Below are positions 10,073-18,610 of a DNA stretch of 64,000 nucleotides, one piece after another. Every line of letters begins with the position of its first letter. Position 1 is the first letter of the stretch. This DNA comes from Candidatus Scatomorpha merdigallinarum (lineage in GTDB: Bacteria; Bacillota; Clostridia; Oscillospirales; Oscillospiraceae), in assembly GCA_018710885.1 (NCBI GenBank), contig DVJA01000058.1, forward strand, positions 7,922 through 71,921, in the 5' to 3' direction. The notes below the pieces were generated by a model, which did no database searches, was not told the origin of the DNA, and saw nothing but the letters and a program-made list of their open reading frames with translations. The translations under genes were made by a program, and so were the position numbers.

Positions 10073-11338
10073 CTATGCTCTGGCTATGTTGAACGTAAGT
10101 CTGTACGTACCTACAGCGCCCACATCGGTCACACCATCCACGTAAATCTGGACGCTGGATGTGTCCATTGTGCCTGTCGCTGTTGTATTAGACAGGTTGG
10201 CCACAGCCCTGAGGTTAACGCTGCTTGTGTTGCTGCTTATACTGTCGAGCGCCTCCGGTGTGCCGCGCAGGGTTACTGTCAGCGAATGGGTCACCAACTC
10301 GGCTGTGTACTCCTCTGGCAAGCCTGTGTAGCTTATGTTGGTTATGGTGAAGTCACGAACCTCCAGCCCCGAAACTTCAACCGTCACGTTGACCTCCTCA
10401 ATGCCGGATACGTTCTCCACGCCGTTGGTCAACAAGATGGGCAGCGTGAGCTCAGTCGTAAGCTCAAAGCTCGTGAGGTCTATAGGCCCGACCTCGATTG
10501 TGTTAATACCATCAATTATCTCAGCGTCGCCTGCAATGGTTATCTCGGTTACGTCGGAGGTTATTATGGTATTGGCTCGTGTTGCCCCTGCGCCCTCATT
10601 GAGTGTGAAGTAGATGGGCACAGTCTTGATTACGCTGACCGGAATGGTTATTGAGATAGCTTCTACATTGAACTCAAGTCCGGTCTTGTCTATCTCGTTA
10701 CCTTCCGCATCGAGCAGAACAAAGTTGGTGGCGTCAACAGTACGGGTCTCGTTGAGCTCGTCTATTGAGACCTCGGCATATACGTGGTCTATATTTTCAA
10801 TCACATTCTGCGGACCGCTTACCTGTATGCTCGTGGGCTCGTATTCCAGGTCGCCAAGCAGATATCCTTCGGCGACGCTGCCAGTGAACGCGGCCTCAAC
10901 AGGCACTGTTACCGTATCAACGCGGGTCACCTGGAAGCTTATAGTGCTCACGGAGCTTTGCACTATGCTCACGGCATTGGCATCCACGTTGCTCGGATAA
11001 GTGAGCGTGTAGGTGACGTTGTATGACCCTGCGCTGGTATAGCGGGAAACGTCTACTACAGCCTGCACGTCGCTGACATCGAGTCGCCCTATGTTGAGCC
11101 TCGTACCGGAAATCGTAACGTCAACTGTCTGTGTGCTGGCGTCGGTCACAACGAGGCCGCGCTGTGACTGCAATGCTTCCTCACCAGTGAAAACGACCTC
11201 GACGCCGTTGAGTTCGACTCTTATCTCCTCCTGCTGGGTTCCGGTGGTGTAAACCCAGATGCACAGAGCCGCCAACAGAGAGATTATAGCCCAGAATATG
11301 TTGTTGTTGAACAGCTTACTTGCTCTCTTCTTTGTCAT
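10073..11338 (-). CDS. cdaR: YbbR-domain protein CdaR (diadenylate cyclase regulator)
   Basis: 421 aa. N-terminal TM plus repeated beta-rich YbbR-like modules. Overlaps the cdaA 3' end. Confidence 0.8.
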   Translation of the reverse strand: MTKKRASKLFNNNIFWAIISLLAALCIWVYTTGTQQEEIRVELNGVEVVFTGEEALQSQRGLVVTDASTQTVDVTISGTRLNIGRLDVSDVQAVVDVSRYTSAGSYNVTYTLTYPSNVDANAVSIVQSSVSTISFQVTRVDTVTVPVEAAFTGSVAEGYLLGDLEYEPTSIQVSGPQNVIENIDHVYAEVSIDELNETRTVDATNFVLLDAEGNEIDKTGLEFNVEAISITIPVSVIKTVPIYFTLNEGAGATRANTIITSDVTEITIAGDAEIIDGINTIEVGPIDLTSFELTTELTLPILLTNGVENVSGIEEVNVTVEVSGLEVRDFTITNISYTGLPEEYTAELVTHSLTVTLRGTPEALDSISSNTSSVNLRAVANLSNTTATGTMDTSSVQIYVDGVTDVGAVGTYRLTFNIARA

Positions 11339-12203
11339 TTTTCTTCACCTTGAGGCTCTTGGCAGAGTCGATAAGTCCTGCTATACCGCGCCGCTTTGGC
11401 TTATTCTCGTCATCCGGCATGAGCTCACTGCGGAGTATTTTGCCAAAGGTATCCGGAGTAAGATGCCGCTTAAGCATACCGTCCATTGCGATGGATATGG
11501 AGCCGGTCTCCTCGCTGACTATAGCAACCACAGCATCAGAGCTTTCGCTCACACCAATACCCGCACGGTGACGCATGCCCAGGTCCGAACTGAGGCTTGC
11601 GTTCTTTGATAGGGGCAGCATACATCCCGCGGCTGCGAGCCGTCCATCACGTATGATGACCGCGCCATCATGCAGCGGCGAGTTGACGAAAAAGATATTG
11701 CGCAGGAGCTCGCTGGACACGTCGGCGTTGACAATGGTACCTGTTATCATGGCATCGTTAAGGCTGCTTGTGCGTTCAAAGACTATAAGAGCGCCTGTCT
11801 TGGATTCTGACATGCTCGTGCAGGCGAGCACAGTCTGGTTTATGACAGCTTCCATAGTGGCGGGTGCGCTTACGCCGCCGAAGAAATAGGCAAACTTACC
11901 GCTGCCCATACGCTCGAGCAGCCGCCTTATCTCCGGCTGGAAGATGATAAAGATAGCTATGAGTCCAAGCTCCACTATACGCTGGAACAAAGAGCTTATC
12001 ATGCGCAGGTTCAGCAAATCGGAGGCAACAAGTGCGAGCAGCACGAAAACTATGCCTCGCGCCAGTCTTATTGCATTCGTGCGTCTGATCAGTCCGATGC
12101 CCAGATATATGAGCCCGGCAACCAGGAGTATGTCCACTATGTCGGACACATTCATAGTCATCATGTAGTTTATTGCGTTTGAAATAAATTCTGAAATACG
12201 CAT
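11316..12203 (-). CDS. cdaA: diadenylate cyclase CdaA (c-di-AMP synthase)
   Basis: Three N-terminal TM helices plus DAC domain motifs DGAVIIRDGRL and RHRAGIGVSE. Start ambiguous (12203 preferred, 12233 possible). Confidence 0.9.
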   Translation of the reverse strand: MRISEFISNAINYMMTMNVSDIVDILLVAGLIYLGIGLIRRTNAIRLARGIVFVLLALVASDLLNLRMISSLFQRIVELGLIAIFIIFQPEIRRLLERMGSGKFAYFFGGVSAPATMEAVINQTVLACTSMSESKTGALIVFERTSSLNDAMITGTIVNADVSSELLRNIFFVNSPLHDGAVIIRDGRLAAAGCMLPLSKNASLSSDLGMRHRAGIGVSESSDAVVAIVSEETGSISIAMDGMLKRHLTPDTFGKILRSELMPDDENKPKRRGIAGLIDSAKSLKVKKNDKEESK

Positions 12204-12272
12204 GGGCCTGTCCCCTATATCTCTACAGCGCATCGCCCCGCATAATTGCGAGGGAGCATGTCAATTCATGAT

Positions 12273-12301
12273 ATTATATAATATCTATTTCAAAATATCA
12301 A
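12273..12301 (-). promoter_or_regulatory. sigma-A promoter of cdaA operon
   Basis: Minus strand TTGATA (12301-12296), 17 nt, TATAAT (12278-12273). Confidence 0.65.
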
Positions 12302-12355
12302 GGCGAAATTGTGAACTCAGAGTCACGGGGACGGGTTCGCACCCGCCCCCATAAA

Positions 12356-13483
12356 TCAGGCCGAAGCCAGCGCCAGAGCCCTTGACATCAGCTCCGGTAT
12401 CCGTGACATCTCGCGCGGAGTGTTAAACGGCGAAACGCTCAGCCGCACCGTGCCAGTATCTATCGTGCCTGCACTCTCATGCGCATAAGGCGCGCAGTGC
12501 AGCCCGGCCCTCACGCAAACGCCAACAGCGCCAAGTGCGGCGCCCAGCTCCTCACTGCCGATGCGCTCGTGCCTTATGGACAGCACTCCCGCCTGGGCGC
12601 TCTCATCTTGGGCCAGATACACTTCTAGTCCGGGCATTGCGCGCAGGCTTTGCGCCAGAGCCCTTATTAGGCCGCGCTCGCGGGCCTCTATACCCGCAAT
12701 GCCGCGCTGACGCAAATACCTCACTCCAGCAAGCAGCCCGGCTATACCCGGTACGTTGTGAGTGCCGGCCTCCAGCCTGTCTGGCAGGAAGTGCGGCATA
12801 CTCTGGCTGCGGCTGGCAGAGCCGGTACCTCCGGCAATAATGGGCGTCGTAGTGGAATTGCACAGCAGTACTCCGGTGCCCTGCGGGCCCAGCAGTCCCT
12901 TGTGTCCCGGCATGGCCACGAAGGCCGCACCAAGCTTCTGCATATCGACATCGAGCGCTCCGGCGCTCTGTGAGGCGTCCAGCACGAATGGCACGGAGTA
13001 CTCCTGGCAGATCTTTGCGATGCCATAGACAGGCAGTACAAACCCAAAGACATTTGACACATGAGTACACACTACGCATTGCGCGCCCGGGATGCGCTGC
13101 CTGAACCCCTCTAAAGCCGCCGCCGTGTCAAAGAGCGGCGTACGAACTGCGTCAATCTGTGCTCCCAGCATAACGAGCGGCCTCGTGACGGCGTTGTGCT
13201 CCCAGCCGGAAACTACAACCCTGTCACCCGGCGATACCAGCGAGGACAGGGCTATGTTGAGACCGTGCGTCGCGTTCATGGTAAAGACCACGTTCTCCGG
13301 CTCCGGAACGTTGAACATGCTGGCAAGCTCGACGCGGCATTCAAACACCTTTTCCTCAGCCAACTGCGCAGGACGGTGGCCGCCGCGCCCGGGGCTTGCC
13401 ATGGTGCGCATGGCTGTCAGCATCTCCTCCGAGACGGCCCGCGGCTTTTGCATGGATGTGGCCGCGCTGTCGAGATAGATCAT
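12356..13483 (-). CDS. cysteine desulfurase-like class V aminotransferase
   Basis: 375 aa. PLP-lysine context MPGHKGLLGPQGTG. Typical N-terminus MIYLDSAATS. Confidence 0.8.
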   Translation of the reverse strand: MIYLDSAATSMQKPRAVSEEMLTAMRTMASPGRGGHRPAQLAEEKVFECRVELASMFNVPEPENVVFTMNATHGLNIALSSLVSPGDRVVVSGWEHNAVTRPLVMLGAQIDAVRTPLFDTAAALEGFRQRIPGAQCVVCTHVSNVFGFVLPVYGIAKICQEYSVPFVLDASQSAGALDVDMQKLGAAFVAMPGHKGLLGPQGTGVLLCNSTTTPIIAGGTGSASRSQSMPHFLPDRLEAGTHNVPGIAGLLAGVRYLRQRGIAGIEARERGLIRALAQSLRAMPGLEVYLAQDESAQAGVLSIRHERIGSEELGAALGAVGVCVRAGLHCAPYAHESAGTIDTGTVRLSVSPFNTPREMSRIPELMSRALALASA

Positions 13484-13734
13484 CGCGCCACCTCCACATA
13501 CCGGCCGTCGGGCTCGATCTTATAGAGCTTTCCATACGGAGTACCGGAGCGCGAAAGCGCATTGAGCGCGTCGCGCATATGCCGCTCTGCCACGCTCACG
13601 CAGTAGCCGCAGCCGTTACCCGTAAGCTGCTGGGGTGCGCGAGAAATGCTCGCGGTTATGCCCGCACGCTCCAGAGCCTGGCTCGCACGCTGGGCATATG
13701 TGAGCGAACGGCACATTATCAAATAGCGCTGCAT
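13480..13734 (-). CDS. DUF3343 (putative Se/S carrier-like) protein
   Basis: Start refined to MQRYLIM (GGAGG 9 nt upstream). Small protein with GCGYC motif, 4-nt overlap with the downstream desulfurase. Confidence 0.6.
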   Translation of the reverse strand: MQRYLIMCRSLTYAQRASQALERAGITASISRAPQQLTGNGCGYCVSVAERHMRDALNALSRSGTPYGKLYKIEPDGRYVEVAR

Positions 13735-13803
13735 ATATACAAACCTCCACATCAGTGCAGGGCAAGGCCCTTGAGCCATTCTATGCAGCGCAGGGCGTAT
13801 TGT

Positions 13804-14274
13804 TTAGTATATAAGCGCGACTGCGTGCGCGGCTATGCCAAGTCCTTCACCGGTAAAGCCCAGTTTCTCCTCCGTCGTGGCCTTTACACTTATGGCCCCG
13901 GAGTCCACTCCGGCGGCTGCGGCAATGTTTTCGCGCATTTTTTCTATGTATGGCAACAACTTGGGCCTCTGAGCCACAACTGTTGCATCGACGTTACCTA
14001 TCGTATATCCCTTCTCGCGCAACAGGCTTGCCACGGTGTGCAGCAGTTCCAGGCTGTCAGCCCCGGCGTAGCGCTCATCTGTATCCGGAAAAAGTTTGCC
14101 TATATCGCCCAGCGCCGCCGCGCCGAGCAGGGCGTCCATGATGGCGTGGACCAGCACGTCGGCGTCGGAGTGGCCCAGCAGGCCGCGCTCATAAGGCACT
14201 TCTACGCCGCCCAATATCAGCCGTCTTTTCTCCGTCAGACGGTGTACGTCATAACCGTGGCCTATTCTGAACAT
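13804..14274 (-). CDS. ispF: 2-C-methyl-D-erythritol 2,4-cyclodiphosphate synthase
   Basis: 156 aa with [13 protein letters not shown] and [11 protein letters not shown] motifs. Confidence 0.92.
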   Translation of the reverse strand: MFRIGHGYDVHRLTEKRRLILGGVEVPYERGLLGHSDADVLVHAIMDALLGAAALGDIGKLFPDTDERYAGADSLELLHTVASLLREKGYTIGNVDATVVAQRPKLLPYIEKMRENIAAAAGVDSGAISVKATTEEKLGFTGEGLGIAAHAVALIY

Positions 14275-14990
14275 CAGTCCTCACCTCTCCTGTCCAATAT
14301 GGCCTCGGCGGCGTAAACATCTGCCGGGGTCGTGAGCTTCAAATTTTCCTCCGAGCCCTCCACCAAAAACACGTCGGCGTCCATGAGCATGACCGCCGCG
14401 CAGTCGTCCGTGAGTGAAAGGCCGAGCCGGTGAGCGTCGTCCAGGGCGGCGCGTATGAGCCCTGCGCGGAACACCTGAGGCGTCTGCATTAAATACAGCT
14501 CGTCACGCTCTAGCGTGCGCATAACGCGGCCGCCTCTGGCCTGGCGCACGGTGTCCTTCACGTGTATGGCCGGGGCTGCGGCGCCCCTCTGCTGCGCTGC
14601 GCGCACAGCACGCTCAATAATGGCCTCCGTCACCAGCGGGCGCGCGGCGTCGTGTATTGCGATAAGCCCCGCGTGTGGTGAGCACTCGCAGACCCCTGCC
14701 CAGGAGGAGTCCGTGCGCTCGGCGCCGCCCGTAACTATGCTCTTGAGCTTCTTTATACCCGCGTCGCGGGCCATGTTGGCCACAAGCGGGATCTTATCTG
14801 CCTGCGTCACAACGACTATCTCGTCTATGTAAGCGCTGCGCTCGAAGGCCAGCATACTGCGCTCCACGACCGCACGGCCATGCAGTTCCATGAGCAGTTT
14901 GTCTTCGCCCATTCGTGTCGAAGAACCGCCCGCGACTATGACGGCGCTGCAAAACGGAACACCGTCAGGTCTTTTCGATTTATTTCGCAT
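14274..14990 (-). CDS. ispD: 2-C-methyl-D-erythritol 4-phosphate cytidylyltransferase
   Basis: 238 aa with [10 protein letters not shown] motif. 1-nt overlap with ispF. Confidence 0.9.
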   Translation of the reverse strand: MRNKSKRPDGVPFCSAVIVAGGSSTRMGEDKLLMELHGRAVVERSMLAFERSAYIDEIVVVTQADKIPLVANMARDAGIKKLKSIVTGGAERTDSSWAGVCECSPHAGLIAIHDAARPLVTEAIIERAVRAAQQRGAAAPAIHVKDTVRQARGGRVMRTLERDELYLMQTPQVFRAGLIRAALDDAHRLGLSLTDDCAAVMLMDADVFLVEGSEENLKLTTPADVYAAEAILDRRGED

Positions 14991-15092
14991 AATTTGTACC
15001 TCTCAAACTGCTGATGCGGCCATTATAACGCGCCGCGCAGAGGTTTGTAAAGCGAGCGGCAGAAAGCGCGCAATACTGCGCGCTTTCGCGTT

Positions 15093-16118
15093 TCAGAGGA
15101 ATCTGGAATACACTATGCGCTCTATCGTTCCTTCCTCATTTACGTAGAAGAACACATGGCTATAGGCGTTGTCGAGCAGGTAAAAGCACCGCTGTCCCTC
15201 GTAGCCCGGGATGAACTCCGCACGACTGCTGTTGAAACCATCCGTGCCGTACAGGACGGTCCACCCGTCCGTCGCGGGGTCGAAGTCCGCTATGCCGGAG
15301 GGAAAGCTTGCCAGCAGGTCCGCGGCAGAAGAGCCCACGTCCAGGCCGCGCACGGAAAAGCCCGTCCCCGGACCGGTCACGGAGACGTACTCCAGAGCGT
15401 GGTTTTCCCGATAAACGAAGGACAGATCCCCGAGCCTGTAGCTGTCCTCTCCAGTCTGAACCACTCCGGGCATGGACAGTATCTCCTCCTGCGACGACGT
15501 CGCGGGAAGCGGGATGCGCGCTTCACTGTTATACGGCATATTGCGCCAGGCGGCGCGCGCATCCTCGTAACCGCAGCGGTAAAAGTTCTCGGGATAATCG
15601 GCGTATATTTCCTCTTCCGGGTATGTTATTGTCAGTTTATCGCCGTTCACGCTCAGGCACAAGTTGTCGTCCCTGTCAATGAATATATCGAAAACGCCAT
15701 CCCCTCCGGCTTTAGCTGCGAAGGTCTGCGTGCTGAGGTCCCGCTCTACGATTCCATTGCCATGCAGCGTATAGCAGCTATGCCAACAGCGGAACTGCGC
15801 GCCGCCGTCCAGGCTGCGCATGAGCAGCAGCGCCTGACCCTGTTCTCCATACGGCTCGCTCACCCAGTAGGACTCCGGCTCAAACCCAGGGTCGGGCAGC
15901 TCAAACCCATCCAGAAGCGGATCATCCTGCGGCCGCACAGGCTGAGGCGTACCGTCGGGCGGCAGCGTATACTCCGTCGGCTGCACAAGTAAATCACGCC
16001 CAGAAGCCGGATACACCGTCGGTGCAGGTGTCGCCTCTGCTGAAGATTCAGACGCAGGAGCGCCGCAGGCGGTGAGAACAATTGCCAGTGCCAATAGTGT
16101 TAAAGCAGCGCGCTTCAT
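15093..16118 (-). CDS. hypothetical lipoprotein (paralog of the upstream gene)
   Basis: Lipobox LTACG after MKRAALTLLALAIV. Shares the N-terminal ATxYPAS..DL and internal W(R/Q)xMPYNxE segments with 16123..17874. Confidence 0.6.
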   Translation of the reverse strand: MKRAALTLLALAIVLTACGAPASESSAEATPAPTVYPASGRDLLVQPTEYTLPPDGTPQPVRPQDDPLLDGFELPDPGFEPESYWVSEPYGEQGQALLLMRSLDGGAQFRCWHSCYTLHGNGIVERDLSTQTFAAKAGGDGVFDIFIDRDDNLCLSVNGDKLTITYPEEEIYADYPENFYRCGYEDARAAWRNMPYNSEARIPLPATSSQEEILSMPGVVQTGEDSYRLGDLSFVYRENHALEYVSVTGPGTGFSVRGLDVGSSAADLLASFPSGIADFDPATDGWTVLYGTDGFNSSRAEFIPGYEGQRCFYLLDNAYSHVFFYVNEEGTIERIVYSRFL

Positions 16119-16122
16119 GGTC

Positions 16123-17874
16123 TCACTCCGTCAAATACTCAATGCTCTCAACGCATCCGTTTTCGTCTATGTCAAACCGGACGCTGCTCTCGCCGTCGCT
16201 GTACTGGATATACCTGCCGTATGCGTCCGTTCTGATAAGTCCGTAAGCGCCTTCCGCGCTGCCGTAGATGTAACCGTCATCCATGCAGGAGTAGAGCCTC
16301 TCCGACGGGAAGCGCGCAACGACCTCATTGGCGCTCGTACCGGGTGTTATCCCGCGCAGGGCTCCCGATGCGTAATTGGCGGCGTTCTCGTGGTTATATG
16401 GCATACTCTGCCAGAGTGCGATGTCGGATACGTTATCCCAGGATCTAAAGTATAGCTTGTGGCCGTCAGGCAAGGTCACGGAATAGTCTGCATAACTGCC
16501 GTCCTCAAACTGGATACTGTAATTCTCCTCAGTGAGCGTTGCCTGTGTCTCGTCCACTTTTCCGCAGATAAGCCTGCCGCTCTCGACATAGCTGTACCAG
16601 CACGTAAAGCGCTCTATGTCCATATAGCCATCCGTCTTCAGCCAGCCATTTTCACTGCTGTCAGAGCTGCCGCAGAGATATGTACGTTCATCCTCATAAT
16701 AAACCGTGGGCAGTTCGCGGTCATAACGCACCAGCTCTCGGTAGAGAGCTGTCATGGCGCCGGCCATTTCTTTGGCGGTCACCGGCTCATCGGGGCGTAT
16801 TTTCCCGTCGTTCACCTCATACCAGCCGTCGTAGTAAGCGCAGTTGATCTCATCGTAGGCCCAGTGTGTATCATCTATATCGCTCGCGGGCAGAGGCTCG
16901 TTTCCGCTCAGATAGAACCAGTACGGGTAGATGTATGTCCGCGGTGAGTTTACGAACTGCACGCGCTGCAGAAGCTGGGCAAATTCCGCGCGCGTTATAG
17001 GCTCATCCGGACGGAACACGTCGCCGTCGCTTACGCGCTCGCCGCTGTCAGTGTACTGCGCAAAAATGCCGTAGCTGTCTAGATAGGCGATGGCTCTCGC
17101 CTCATCCGTGCCTGGCGTCACGTCGGTGAAACGCAGCGGATACTCCGTGTCCTTGTTGTCTGCCGTGAGCATGTCCACTACGAACACCGCAGCCTCGCCG
17201 CGCGTCATGGTCGCATTACCCAGGCCGTCCAGCTTCGCCGCAGCCTCCGGGAGAGATTCGCGTTCGAGCACGGGCAGGCCATCCGGGTTTGGAACAATCA
17301 GGTTCTCTTTCAGAGCGTTGAAACCAACAGCTCTTCCTGCTGTACTCTGTCCTTCCAGGGGCTCTATAGGCAAATCATACCCACCGGTGCCAGTGATATC
17401 GACATAGATATATTCACGGCTGGCCTTTACAACACCGTGCACTCCGTGGTAGTCCTCGTTATAGTAACGGGCCGGATTGAAATAGTCCTCCCTGGGCACA
17501 GCCATGATAGAGCCGAATGTGCCCAGGTCACTCTCGTACTCATGCGAGTAGTAGAGGAAGCTCACAGCCTCCCCAACCGGTATATACCATGGCCTGCCGT
17601 CGCTTATTAGAACATACGGCGCGGCCTCGTCCGGGATTTCAATCGAAAAGTGCTGTGTGTCACTTGTAAAGGTGTAACCCTCATCTGCCGGACCAGCCAA
17701 TACGGCGGGTTCCTGCGGAATGCGAGGGTCCTCAGTCGGCTCCGGTGTGCGCTCTACCAGGTCCTGCGGTGACGCAGGGTAAAGCGTCGCTGAAGGCGTG
17801 GCCTCCGGTGCAGGAGAACCACAGGCGGCCAGTATAAGCGCGAGCGCCAGCGCGATTGGAATTGCTCGTTTCAC
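16123..17874 (-). CDS. hypothetical lipoprotein with SLH-like repeats
   Basis: Start refined to GTG 17874 (GGGGGAAAG upstream) giving VKRAIPIALALALILAACG lipobox. SLH-like segments TRGEAAVFVVDML, ITRAEFAQLLQRV, VTAKEMAGAM. Confidence 0.6.
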   Translation of the reverse strand: MKRAIPIALALALILAACGSPAPEATPSATLYPASPQDLVERTPEPTEDPRIPQEPAVLAGPADEGYTFTSDTQHFSIEIPDEAAPYVLISDGRPWYIPVGEAVSFLYYSHEYESDLGTFGSIMAVPREDYFNPARYYNEDYHGVHGVVKASREYIYVDITGTGGYDLPIEPLEGQSTAGRAVGFNALKENLIVPNPDGLPVLERESLPEAAAKLDGLGNATMTRGEAAVFVVDMLTADNKDTEYPLRFTDVTPGTDEARAIAYLDSYGIFAQYTDSGERVSDGDVFRPDEPITRAEFAQLLQRVQFVNSPRTYIYPYWFYLSGNEPLPASDIDDTHWAYDEINCAYYDGWYEVNDGKIRPDEPVTAKEMAGAMTALYRELVRYDRELPTVYYEDERTYLCGSSDSSENGWLKTDGYMDIERFTCWYSYVESGRLICGKVDETQATLTEENYSIQFEDGSYADYSVTLPDGHKLYFRSWDNVSDIALWQSMPYNHENAANYASGALRGITPGTSANEVVARFPSERLYSCMDDGYIYGSAEGAYGLIRTDAYGRYIQYSDGESSVRFDIDENGCVESIEYLTE

Positions 17875-17954
17875 AGCTCTTTCCCCCAATCTCTGTATAT
17901 GCAAAAAGGACGGGAAAGCGCTGCCATTTGTTCCCGTCCTTTGCTGCACGGCCC

Positions 17955-18437
17955 TTACTGAGCCATTGCGCTGTCCAATCTCGCCTCGACCTCCTCATAG
18001 CTGGAGCTCTCTGAGAGGACAATTTCCGATATGAGTATTTGTTTTGCCGAATGGAGCATTTTACGCTCTCCAGTGGAGAGCCCGCGCTCCCGGTCTCGCT
18101 GCATGAGGCCTTTTACGACAGAGGCAACCTCCATGAGATCACCGCTCTTAATTCTGAGCATGTTTTCTCTGTACCGCTTGTTCCAGTTCGACGTCATCTC
18201 CACCTGTATGCCTGGGATGGCTCCGAGGATTTCCTCTGCCTCCGCGGGGTTGACTATCGGCCTCACGCCAATCGCCTCACAGGTCTCCACAGGAACCATT
18301 ACCATCATGCCACCCGTAGGCAGCTTCAGCACATAGTAGTCCCTGTCCTGTCCGTTTATTCGCTTCGTCACGATGCTGTCTATGACACCCGCGCCATGCA
18401 TCGGATGAGCAATCCGGTCTCCTACCCGGAACGTCAT
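17955..18437 (-). CDS. carD: CarD-family transcriptional regulator
   Basis: 160 aa. N-terminal CarD/TRCF RNAP-interaction domain FRVGDRIAHPMHGAGVI. Confidence 0.85.
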   Translation of the reverse strand: MTFRVGDRIAHPMHGAGVIDSIVTKRINGQDRDYYVLKLPTGGMMVMVPVETCEAIGVRPIVNPAEAEEILGAIPGIQVEMTSNWNKRYRENMLRIKSGDLMEVASVVKGLMQRDRERGLSTGERKMLHSAKQILISEIVLSESSSYEEVEARLDSAMAQ

Positions 18438-18487
18438 TTTAACCTCCGTTTCCCTTATGCTGTTTATTACACTTACTATGTACGTAA

Positions 18488-18516
18488 ATTATACACCAAT
18501 TTTCAAGTTCAGGCAA
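18488..18516 (-). promoter_or_regulatory. sigma-A promoter of carD
   Basis: Minus strand TTGCCT, 17 nt, TATAAT, just downstream of the ispH/S1 terminator. Confidence 0.6.
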
Positions 18517-18540
18517 GGAAAATCGGGATTATATTTGTGA

Positions 18541-18587
18541 AAAAATAAGAAAAACAGCGCCGAAGCTGAAATTCGGCGCTGTTTTTT
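18541..18587 (-). terminator. intrinsic terminator of ispH/S1
   Basis: cagcgccgaa / ttcggcgctg stem, followed on the minus strand by TTTTTCTTATTTTT. Confidence 0.8.
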
Positions 18588-18610
18588 GACATAATACGTC
18601 CGGATGTCGC

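Noticed and set aside
9623-10654. 343-aa plus-strand ORF
   Set aside because: Antisense to the RseC-like gene and cdaR. No motif or RBS, and the minus-strand genes have clear family signatures.
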